From the NCBI GenBank assembly GCA_038821645.1, contig JAWBDT010000006.1, positions 64,146-87,182 of the forward strand: a DNA stretch of 23,037 nucleotides, written 5' to 3'. Source of the DNA: Ignisphaera sp. Lineage in GTDB: Archaea; Thermoproteota; Thermoprotei_A; Sulfolobales; Ignisphaeraceae. Of the stretch, positions 1 to 7,628 are shown piece by piece. Position 1 is the stretch's first letter. Each line of letters opens with the position of its first letter. The translations under genes and the position numbers were made by a program. The notes under the pieces are model-generated. The model searched no databases and was not told where the DNA came from. It saw only the letters and a program-made list of their open reading frames with translations.

Positions 1-428
1 ATCTCGTAGTACTGTCTCCATGTGTCTATTTTTACATGAATTTTATCGAATATGAAGAACTCTAGTTCTGCTGACACAAATGCTCTAGTTTCTTGATCAA
101 GTAGAATATTATCAACTTTTTGAGCAACATATCTCGGATCTTTTGAAAGACGTGTTGAAGCAAGATATACATCACATATCAGTCTAGCTGTACTATTGCT
201 CCATGGAATTAAAGCATATGTTGAGAAATCAGGTTTAAGACTTAAATCACTCTCCTCGATATTTGCAAACCCTTTAACACTACTACCATCGAATCTACCA
301 ACAAGAGTATTAACGAATCTAGATATTGTAACCTGCCTTAACGAGCCAAGAAGATCTGTGAACTGTAGCAGTATCCAGTTTACGTTATCTTCTTCAATTC
401 GTTTCAACACTTCATCAACACTTTTCAA
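1..428 (-). CDS. glnA: Glutamine synthetase type I, N-terminal part (runs off the left edge)
   Basis: Not in the ORF track. Manual translation from TTG at 428: MKSVDEVLKRIEEDNVNWILLQFTDLLGSLRQVTI...FDGSSVKGFANIEESDLSLKPD...ARLICDV...KDPRYVA...SAELEFFIFD. These are the GS-I FTD..G, FDGSS, ESD, DPR and ELEF motifs. GGTG lies 7 nt upstream of the TTG. Confidence 0.95.
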   Translation of the reverse strand, partial: MKSVDEVLKRIEEDNVNWILLQFTDLLGSLRQVTISRFVNTLVGRFDGSSVKGFANIEESDLSLKPDFSTYALIPWSNSTARLICDVYLASTRLSKDPRYVAQKVDNILLDQETRAFVSAELEFFIFDKIHVKIDTWRQYYE

Positions 429-487
429 TAATGTGCACCACACTTTAATCGATACTAAATATTCTGTCCTCACTATATATTGCAAGC

Positions 488-519
488 TATATAAACATTT
501 GTACAATAATACTTGTACA
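488..519 (-). promoter_or_regulatory. Probable glnA promoter (TATA box TTTATATA) with adjacent 7-6-7 inverted repeat
   Basis: 488-495 reads TTTATATA on the minus strand, about 60 nt upstream of the glnA start. TGTACAA-taatac-TTGTACA lies at 500-519. Confidence 0.55.
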
Positions 520-962
520 TTTATCCATAAGTGTATGGAGAATCCCACTAAAAATGCTAAACGTTTGTCCAAAAAGATTCATCCAAGATATTATACATAT
601 AACATTTTGCTACTCTTCACTATCGAACTGGATATATTCATGAGATCTCTATAATTGATAGATTCTTAGTTGTACTTATTAGCGTTTAATTAGATTCAGA
701 GAATTAGATATTAATCAATTAGTCTATGTATAATGTATTTCAATATGTATCAGCTTTAGAGCTATAAACGTATCAAGTTTTATCTTCTAAGCTAGCTATC
801 TCAAAAGTTGTAATATAGAAGTTAAGACTAACCAGAATACTGTGATTCATGGAAAATAAAAATGCGAAGAATATATCTATCCATATGTGAAGGATCGATA
901 AACTAGAGAAGCAAACAGAATCATATATTGTATACACTATTGGCTTAGCTTAACAAATTAGA

Positions 963-1700
963 TTATGTATGCATAACGCTTTCCTTCTTCTTGATCTGTT
1001 GATCATAGAGCTCTTGAATCATTTTCTCTATCTCTTCAACTTTTTCTGCATAACTAAGTAGTTCACTTACATCAATTTCTGTGCTAATAATTGATGAAAG
1101 TATTTTTACAGCTATTGCTGCAGCCTTATGGTCTATTGTTTCTGGTTGAGTATATGGTAGAATAGCTACTGCTGGAATATTGTTTTGTTGAAGAGATATA
1201 AGGATTGAGGCTAGAGGACCTACTATGTAGGCTCCTTTTATAAAGTAGGGTGCATTAAGTTCTCTCTTGCTTGATGATGTTTTAAGCCATCTATACTCTT
1301 CCTCACCTTCTCTAAAACGTGCATCAAGTCCACCAAACAACACAACTTCAGCTATCTGAATTTTCTTTAGAAGAGCTAGAAACTCATTAATGAAGCTGAA
1401 CATATATCTTCTTTCTGGATTTACTCTATTGAGTAACACTACTACGCTACATCCATTGTCTAGATGTCTATAGAATATTTCGTGAGGCATACTGAATCCA
1501 TAATCTTCAATAGATGTGAAATCAGGTATGTTAGGAGGCTCTATATAGCCTATAAAATCCATAGTGAGTTTAGATACAATGTATCTAGGGGCTAAGAACC
1601 CTACAGCTCCAAATCCTTGGAATCCTGTAACAAGATACGTTTTATCACCTTTGAACTCGTTTTTAAGTAACTTAAGCTTATAACTCTTTCTCATTTTCAT
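963..1700 (-). CDS. PAC2-family proteasome assembly chaperone (Pba-like)
   Basis: Motifs GFQGFGAVGFLA, LFGGLD, IVGPLA, LPY...DHKAA. Last gene of the pan operon. The start may be the ATG at 1694. Confidence 0.85.
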   Translation of the reverse strand: MKMRKSYKLKLLKNEFKGDKTYLVTGFQGFGAVGFLAPRYIVSKLTMDFIGYIEPPNIPDFTSIEDYGFSMPHEIFYRHLDNGCSVVVLLNRVNPERRYMFSFINEFLALLKKIQIAEVVLFGGLDARFREGEEEYRWLKTSSSKRELNAPYFIKGAYIVGPLASILISLQQNNIPAVAILPYTQPETIDHKAAAIAVKILSSIISTEIDVSELLSYAEKVEEIEKMIQELYDQQIKKKESVMHT

Positions 1701-2208
1701 TTCTATTCACCAACTTTTCTCTAATTTGTACAGCTACACCATAGGTAGCTGTTATCATTGTTTCGTAGTCTAGTAATGCTCTACCTACACTGATAAGCTT
1801 ATCATCTTCATCAACAACCAGCACCTCATCGTATGGCCTTATAGATTCATCTGCTTTCATAATATGTTTAGCGAATATAGAGTTTCCCTTAACTATATCA
1901 TCCACCATTTCATTGGCTACCACAACCCGACGCTTAGGAAAGGATAGGACTTTATGAAGCAATATACCTAGCTCTATATGTGGAACTATATAGAAGTCTG
2001 ATGCTCTAACCATAGCTAAAATCCTGTCTCCATAAAGAAAAGCTCTAACTCTCTTAGTTTTACGAGAAAAACAGATCTTGATTTTCTCTACATCTATAAG
2101 GTCTAGAATTCTCGAAGATTCTTCACCAAACTGATAGATGAGCATATACATTAACATCTCTATACTTTCTTCATCTATACTTCTACATCTTAATGTTGCT
2201 GGAATCAG
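1678..2208 (-). CDS. PUA-domain RNA-binding protein (resembles the C-terminal region of archaeosine TGT, COG1370-like)
   Basis: YQFG, SRKTKRVR, then a PUA domain (GNSIFAKHI..ADESIRPYDEVLVVDEDDKLISVGRA...GVAVQIR). Start uncertain: CTG at 2208 has an SD; the ORF track uses ATG 2253. Confidence 0.85.
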   Translation of the reverse strand: MIPATLRCRSIDEESIEMLMYMLIYQFGEESSRILDLIDVEKIKICFSRKTKRVRAFLYGDRILAMVRASDFYIVPHIELGILLHKVLSFPKRRVVVANEMVDDIVKGNSIFAKHIMKADESIRPYDEVLVVDEDDKLISVGRALLDYETMITATYGVAVQIREKLVNRNENEKEL

Positions 2209-2224
2209 TTCTACACACCTAGAC

Positions 2225-3412
2225 CTATAGATGGAGTATACTTGTAGATACATGTCTAGATATGTAGGGTCTGAATCGTTCTTTCAAAATCTTGGCTATA
2301 CTGTACGTAAAATCGTTGGATGTAACGATATCTCTTCCTTCTCTAATGGCTCTTAAAGCTGCCTCTGTACATATGGCTTTGATTTCCGCACCTGTAGCTC
2401 CCTCAGTTAGTTTAGCTATCTCAATTAGGTCTACATCGTGAGCTAGAGGCATTTTGCGTGTATGTATCTTCAATATCTCGTATCTTCCCCTAATATCTGG
2501 TAGAGGTATCTCTATGATTTTATCGAATCTTCCAGGTCTAAGAATTGCTGGATCAAGTACATCTATTCTATTTGTTGTTGCAATTACTTTAACGTTATCT
2601 AAAGGATCAAAACCATCCATTTCAGCTAGAAGCTGTGTTAATGTTCTGTGTATTTCTCTCTCACCTGTTGTACCTACATCGAGTCTCTTAGCCGCTATAG
2701 CGTCTATCTCATCTATTAGAACTATAGATGGTGCCTTCTTTCTAGCGAGAGTGAAAAGTTCTTTAACAATTCTAGCTCCTTCACCTATAAACTTTTGAGC
2801 TAATTCAGAAGCTACAAGCCTTATAAATGTTGCATTAGTTTCATGAGCAAGAGCTTTAGCTAGTAATGTTTTTCCACATCCTGGAGGACCATAGAGAAGT
2901 ACTCCTTTTGGAGGCTCTATACCCATTGCCTTAAATTTGTGTGGATACTTTAGCGGAAGTTCTATAGCTTCTCTCAATTCATCTATTTGTTTCTCTAGAC
3001 CACCAATATCTTCATACCTGATGCTGGGTCTTTCAACAATTTCAAAAGCTTTAACGTATGGATCTTCAGATCTAGGAAGAACCTCTACTATAGCTGATCC
3101 ACGCTGATTGAGAGCTACAGAAGCACCAGGTTTAAGTCTAGATTTATCGACTGTTGGAAGAATGTATACAACAAGTACAGGTCCTGAAGAACTTTTAACT
3201 AATGCTCTATCACCATCAAGTACATCTAGAAGCGTTGCTTCAACTAATGGAGGTGCCATTAATTTCTCTACCTGAGACTTGTAGTACTCTAGTTCTTCAG
3301 CATACTTAGCCAAAGTCTCTCTAAGATTCTCTAATTCTGTCTCTAGTTCTCTAACTTTTAACTCTAGATATTCTGAGTAATGTTCACTACTACTGTCCTC
3401 AGTAGCCATCAT
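2225..3412 (-). CDS. pan: Proteasome-activating nucleotidase (AAA+ ATPase)
   Basis: N-terminal coiled coil, OB region (VKSSSGP), Walker A GPPGCGKT, pore loop KFIGEGAR, Walker [30 protein letters not shown]. The start may be the second ATG at 3409 (GGTGGA upstream). Confidence 0.97.
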   Translation of the reverse strand: MMATEDSSSEHYSEYLELKVRELETELENLRETLAKYAEELEYYKSQVEKLMAPPLVEATLLDVLDGDRALVKSSSGPVLVVYILPTVDKSRLKPGASVALNQRGSAIVEVLPRSEDPYVKAFEIVERPSIRYEDIGGLEKQIDELREAIELPLKYPHKFKAMGIEPPKGVLLYGPPGCGKTLLAKALAHETNATFIRLVASELAQKFIGEGARIVKELFTLARKKAPSIVLIDEIDAIAAKRLDVGTTGEREIHRTLTQLLAEMDGFDPLDNVKVIATTNRIDVLDPAILRPGRFDKIIEIPLPDIRGRYEILKIHTRKMPLAHDVDLIEIAKLTEGATGAEIKAICTEAALRAIREGRDIVTSNDFTYSIAKILKERFRPYISRHVSTSILHL

Positions 3413-3477
3413 AATCCACCAGATACTTGTTTACCAAGTATAAAGATAAAAACAGTTTACCACCTTAATATCTCTTG

Positions 3478-4062
3478 GTGATTCAACTGAAGAAAAATAA
3501 CGAACAGATTTATTGTGAAATGTGTGGAAATCCAATTGATAGAGGAGCAGAAAAGAGAGTAACTGTAGATAATATTTTATTAACAGTATGTGAGTCATGC
3601 TATACGAAACTATCTCCAAGAACATCAAAACAAGTTGTTACGAGAACTAATTTGGTGTCAGATAAATCGACAAAACAAGTTATACAAAAGCCTATAGCCA
3701 GTAAAACAGCAACTAGCTCTAGCCTAACTAAAGCTAAGAGTAAGCTCGATGTTGATAGGAAGTCCATCCCAAGTGAGCGATGGGAGCTTGTTGAAGATTA
3801 TTCCGAGAAGATAAAGAAGGCACGAGAATCTTTTGGATGGGATCCACGAACACTCGCCATAAAGGTAAAAGTTAGTGAGAATATTATAAAGAGAATTGAG
3901 AGTGGTAAACTTAGACCTACACTAGATCTGGCTAGAAAGCTTGAAGAGGTTCTGAACATAAAACTACTAGTGCCAGCTGTAGAAGATGAGTTGAAAAACG
4001 AAAAGATTGACAAGTACGTAACCTTGGGAGAAATAGTTGATATAAGAAGTGATAAGAGGTAG
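3478..4062 (+). CDS. mbf1: Archaeal multiprotein bridging factor 1 (Zn ribbon + Cro-type HTH)
   Basis: CEMC...CESC ribbon, ELVEDY..IKKARE HTH, RIESGKLRP, C-terminal TLGE. Divergent from pan, a known context. Start is among 3475, 3478 and 3487. Confidence 0.92.
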   Translation: MIQLKKNNEQIYCEMCGNPIDRGAEKRVTVDNILLTVCESCYTKLSPRTSKQVVTRTNLVSDKSTKQVIQKPIASKTATSSSLTKAKSKLDVDRKSIPSERWELVEDYSEKIKKARESFGWDPRTLAIKVKVSENIIKRIESGKLRPTLDLARKLEEVLNIKLLVPAVEDELKNEKIDKYVTLGEIVDIRSDKR

Positions 4063-4067
4063 ACAAC

Positions 4068-5168
4068 ATACTGGAAGAAACAATACTAGTAGTTAGAGCT
4101 GAAGATAGCAACAATATAGATGAAATACTATCTATATCGAGAGAGGCTGGTTTCAATGTAAAAGAGATTATCTATGTGAGAAAGACGAATAGCAAATGCT
4201 ATCTAAGCTCTTTCCAACTCTCTAAAGTTAAATCTATAGTTCAGAATAACAGTATCAAGAAGCTGTGTGTATATGATGAACTTAGACCAAGACATGTTAC
4301 ATGTTTAATGAAGGAGCTAGGGATAGAGGTTATAGATAAAGTTCTAATGATACTCACAGTCTTTCAGAATCATGCTGGTTCTAGAGAAGCCCTTCTCCAG
4401 ATAGAGATGGCGAGATTAAAGCATCAGTTACCGCTTATTCGTGACTGGATTAGAAGGATAAAGGCGGGCGAACTTCCAGGATTCTTAAGCTTAGGCCGAT
4501 ATGCTGTAGATATCTATTATAGACATATAACCAGACGTATAGCAAAGATATCGGAAGAGCTTGAGAAACTTAGAATCAAGAGGTCACATGAACGTGAGAA
4601 GAGAAAGAAGCAAGGGTTTATACATGTAGCTATAGTCGGTTACACAAATGCTGGTAAAACCACTCTATTCAATACTTTAACTAATCTTGTTAAACCCACA
4701 GGAATCGAAATGTTTACAACACTTTCCCCCAAATCGTATATGATAAGGATATGTGGAATTAACATTGTGGTTACAGATACCATAGGTTTCATTAAGAACA
4801 TACCTATAGGAATTATAGAGGCATTTAGAGCTGTTCTAGAAGAGATAAGTGATGCTGATGTAGTGCTACTGGTAATAGATGGAAGTAAAGTTTTAGATCA
4901 AGTAGAAATTGAGTTAAAGACCTCGCTCAATATACTGAAGGATATAGGGGCTTTAGGCAAGCCTTTGATAATAGCTCTAAATAAAATAGATGTAGCAAAT
5001 GATGCAAACATTAGCGATATAGTTGAACTAATTAAGATAAACACTAATGAATACAAAACACAGCTTATAGATGTCATCACTATATCAGCTTTAAAGAGAT
5101 ACAACATAGACCTACTCAAGGATGCTTTATGTCGTACTGTACAACAAGTCCAGAGAAACTTGGTATAG
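4068..5168 (+). CDS. hflX: GTPase HflX
   Basis: IDKVLMIL.VF..HAGSREA.LQIEMARL, G1 GYTNAGKT, G2 FTTL, G3 DTIG, G4 NKID, G5 SAL. The frame is open from 4056, and the HflX N-domain requires a start at ATA 4068 or CTG 4071 rather than GTG 4176. Confidence 0.93.
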   Translation: MLEETILVVRAEDSNNIDEILSISREAGFNVKEIIYVRKTNSKCYLSSFQLSKVKSIVQNNSIKKLCVYDELRPRHVTCLMKELGIEVIDKVLMILTVFQNHAGSREALLQIEMARLKHQLPLIRDWIRRIKAGELPGFLSLGRYAVDIYYRHITRRIAKISEELEKLRIKRSHEREKRKKQGFIHVAIVGYTNAGKTTLFNTLTNLVKPTGIEMFTTLSPKSYMIRICGINIVVTDTIGFIKNIPIGIIEAFRAVLEEISDADVVLLVIDGSKVLDQVEIELKTSLNILKDIGALGKPLIIALNKIDVANDANISDIVELIKINTNEYKTQLIDVITISALKRYNIDLLKDALCRTVQQVQRNLV

Positions 5169-5698
5169 ATGTTTATGTACTTAGGCTTGGACATAGGCCT
5201 AGTAGAGATCGTAGAGTAACTACGCATGTAGCGCTTGTTGCTAGAGCTTTTGGAGCTAGAGGAATCTATATTGCTGAGATTGTTGATGAGAATGTTAGAA
5301 GATCTATAGAGAAGGTGATAGATCGTTGGGGTGGTAGATACTTCAAGATAGAGATGGGGATAAATCCTGTAAATCTTATTGATAGCTTTAGAAATAGTGG
5401 TGGATGTATTGTACATCTAACTATGTATGGTCTACCTCTCGATAGCGTTATAGATGTTGTTAGAGAGAACTGTAACAAGATACTAGTTGTTGTAGGTTCT
5501 GAAAAAGTCGAGAGGATATTCTATGAACTTGCTGATTACAATATAGCTGTAGGCAGTCAGCCTCATTCAGAAGTATCAGCATTAGCTCTATTTCTCGATA
5601 GACTCTGGAAAGGTGTAGAACTAGGATTATGTTTCCATGACGCAAAATACTATATTATACCGAGTACAAAAAGTAAGGTGGTGAAGAGAGTTGAGTGA
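5129..5698 (+). CDS. trm56: tRNA (cytidine56-2'-O)-methyltransferase, SPOUT family
   Basis: LRLGHRP.RD.RVTTHVALVARAFGA, VHLTMYG, VVVGSEKV, NIAVGSQPHSEVSALA.FLDRL. Confidence 0.96.
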   Translation: MSYCTTSPEKLGIDVYVLRLGHRPSRDRRVTTHVALVARAFGARGIYIAEIVDENVRRSIEKVIDRWGGRYFKIEMGINPVNLIDSFRNSGGCIVHLTMYGLPLDSVIDVVRENCNKILVVVGSEKVERIFYELADYNIAVGSQPHSEVSALALFLDRLWKGVELGLCFHDAKYYIIPSTKSKVVKRVE

Positions 5699-6185
5699 TG
5701 ATGTCCTCCTTAAGGTTGTAGAGGCTATAGCTGGTGAAAATGGTAAAAGAATTGTGGTATCTCTACTGGAATCAGAAACAGGTAAAAGTGATGAAGAGTT
5801 AAGCAATGAACTTAATATAAGGGTAAACGATGTTAGGAGATTACTTTATGAATTAGCAAATCATGGATTTGTAGCCTACAATAGATCCACAAGAAGTGAT
5901 ACTCGATGGCATGATTATACATGGTTTACAAATAGACCCATGCTGGAGCAAGCGGTAAAGAAGAGAAAGAGAGAGATAATCAGAATTCTAGAGGAGAGAC
6001 TTTCGTATGAAGAGCTCCACACATCATATATATGTCCTATGGATTCAACGCAATACTCATTTGATGAAGCTTTCGAAAACAATTTCCGATGCCTAAAATG
6101 TGGAGCTGAGCTTGTGGAGCTTGATAACAGAAAACTTGTGTCGTATCTTAGACAGCTAATAGATGAATTGAAGAAAAGTGTATAG
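5691..6185 (+). CDS. tfe: Transcription factor E (TFE alpha)
   Basis: Winged helix (SDEELS..L....NDVRRLLYEL), Zn ribbon CPMD...FDEAFENNFRCLKCG..L...DN. SD GGTGA lies 6 nt before TTG 5691. Confidence 0.95.
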   Translation: MSDDVLLKVVEAIAGENGKRIVVSLLESETGKSDEELSNELNIRVNDVRRLLYELANHGFVAYNRSTRSDTRWHDYTWFTNRPMLEQAVKKRKREIIRILEERLSYEELHTSYICPMDSTQYSFDEAFENNFRCLKCGAELVELDNRKLVSYLRQLIDELKKSV

Positions 6186-6187
6186 CT

Positions 6188-7132
6188 ATGAAATATACAA
6201 TTGTAGATCTTTTCTGTGGAGGTGGAGGATTCTCTATAGGCTTTAGAGCTACTGGCTATAGAATAGCTATAGCTATAGATAATGACCCAGTATGTGGAAA
6301 GACATTCAAGTTCAATTTTCCTAATACAATAGTTTTAGTTGAAGATATAAGAGATATAGATGGAAGAGATATAACATACTTTATTGGTAGAACACCAGAT
6401 ATAGTCATCGGTAGCCCTCCTTGTGAACCATTCACAGGAGCAAACCCTAAGAGAGAGAAAGATCCTTTGGATCGTCTCTACAAGGATCCACAAGGAACTC
6501 TTGTTCTAGACTTCATAAGGCTTGTAGGTGAGCTTAAGCCACGGATATTCATAATGGAGAATGTGCCAGCATTAAATGTGCCTGAAATAAGAGAATCTAT
6601 AGTTAGAGAATTTAGCTATATTGGATACAGCCAGATTTTCTTTAATCTACTTAAGGCAGAAGATTATGGAACTCCAAGTAGAAGAACTCGATTGTTTGTA
6701 TCTAATGTCGTTTTGAAGCCTAAGCCTATTGGTAGAAAGGTGCTGGTGAGAGATGTGTTAAAGGATATCTCATGTGAAACAGATTTGCCTAACAATACAT
6801 GTCTATATCCTACTGATAGAAAGTTGAAGAGAATAGTAAGGATTAGCTGGGGTAAAGCTCTCTTCTATTATCAGGGAGCTTTAAAAAGAATTCCAAATTA
6901 TATAAGACTAGATCCAAATGATTTAGCTCCAACTGTTCTAGGTTCATCAAGGTTTTTACATCCTTATGAAAATCGTATATTAACTGTACGTGAACAAGCA
7001 AGGCTTATGGGATTTCCAGACGATCATGTATTTTTTGGTGATAGAGATCAGCAATATAATCAGGTAGGTGAAGCTGTTCCTCCACCACTATCTTACTCTA
7101 TAGCCTTATATCTACGTGAGAACTATATCTAG
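6188..7132 (+). CDS. dcm: C5-cytosine methyltransferase (Dcm/DNMT fold), orphan
   Basis: Motif I DLFCGGGG, IV GSPPCEPF, VI MENV, VIII GTPSRRTRLF, IX RILTVREQARLMGFP, X GEAVPP. The symbol is family-level only; the substrate is unknown. Confidence 0.92.
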   Translation: MKYTIVDLFCGGGGFSIGFRATGYRIAIAIDNDPVCGKTFKFNFPNTIVLVEDIRDIDGRDITYFIGRTPDIVIGSPPCEPFTGANPKREKDPLDRLYKDPQGTLVLDFIRLVGELKPRIFIMENVPALNVPEIRESIVREFSYIGYSQIFFNLLKAEDYGTPSRRTRLFVSNVVLKPKPIGRKVLVRDVLKDISCETDLPNNTCLYPTDRKLKRIVRISWGKALFYYQGALKRIPNYIRLDPNDLAPTVLGSSRFLHPYENRILTVREQARLMGFPDDHVFFGDRDQQYNQVGEAVPPPLSYSIALYLRENYI

Positions 7133-7148
7133 ATTGAGGTGAAGCACT

Positions 7149-7628
7149 ATATCCATACAGCTATACTTGATAGCTTATGCCCCTTCAAGTCCTCATAGAC
7201 TTTATGACTTAGCTAAGCTGGCTTTTTCAATGAGTATTGTTTCAGCATTTATCGTTGTAAAACCCGTAGGTATAGCAGCTCAAACAGGTCTACCCGAGGT
7301 CTTTAAGCTTGCTTATAAGCTCGATAGAAGGTTTTTGGTGTTTCCTAGACTTCAAGATCTGAAGGAGATGATTAAGATAGATGAGGCTTTATTCATAGTC
7401 CATAATGTTGATGATGCTCCTGATATATGTGAAATAGACTTTAGAGATAGAGAGAATATCGGTGTAGTTGTTCAGGCAGGTGAAACCCCATTCACTAAAG
7501 AGGATTTAGCTATGGGGAGAATAGTGAAGATGCGTGAAATAGATGCATATAGAGCACCTAATGCTGTAGCTGATGCAGCTATAGCTTTAACAAAGCTATA
7601 TAGGTTGTTTAAGAATGTATTATGTTGA
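7149..7628 (+). CDS. DUF2122/COG4080-like protein (labelled RecB-family nuclease in databases, predicted SPOUT-like)
   Basis: SS.HRL.DLAKL...FIVVKPVGIAAQTGLPEVFKLAYK matches my recollection of the family signature (GxAAQxGxP). Start is ATA 7149 (SD GAGGTGA) or TTG 7167. Confidence 0.7.
   Translation: MSIQLYLIAYAPSSPHRLYDLAKLAFSMSIVSAFIVVKPVGIAAQTGLPEVFKLAYKLDRRFLVFPRLQDLKEMIKIDEALFIVHNVDDAPDICEIDFRDRENIGVVVQAGETPFTKEDLAMGRIVKMREIDAYRAPNAVADAAIALTKLYRLFKNVLC

Noticed and set aside
196-654. 152 aa plus-strand ORF
   Set aside because: Antisense shadow of glnA running into its promoter; no protein-like motifs.
6032-6101. TFE zinc ribbon with Asp replacing a Cys (CPMD)
   Set aside because: A CxxD variant is already familiar from crenarchaeal TFE proteins; not novel.
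6188-7628. Classical restriction-modification pair (MTase + 'RecB nuclease')
   Set aside because: No PD-(D/E)xK pattern is evident in the 7149-7628 protein, and the context is a core operon. Kept only as the alternative hypothesis.
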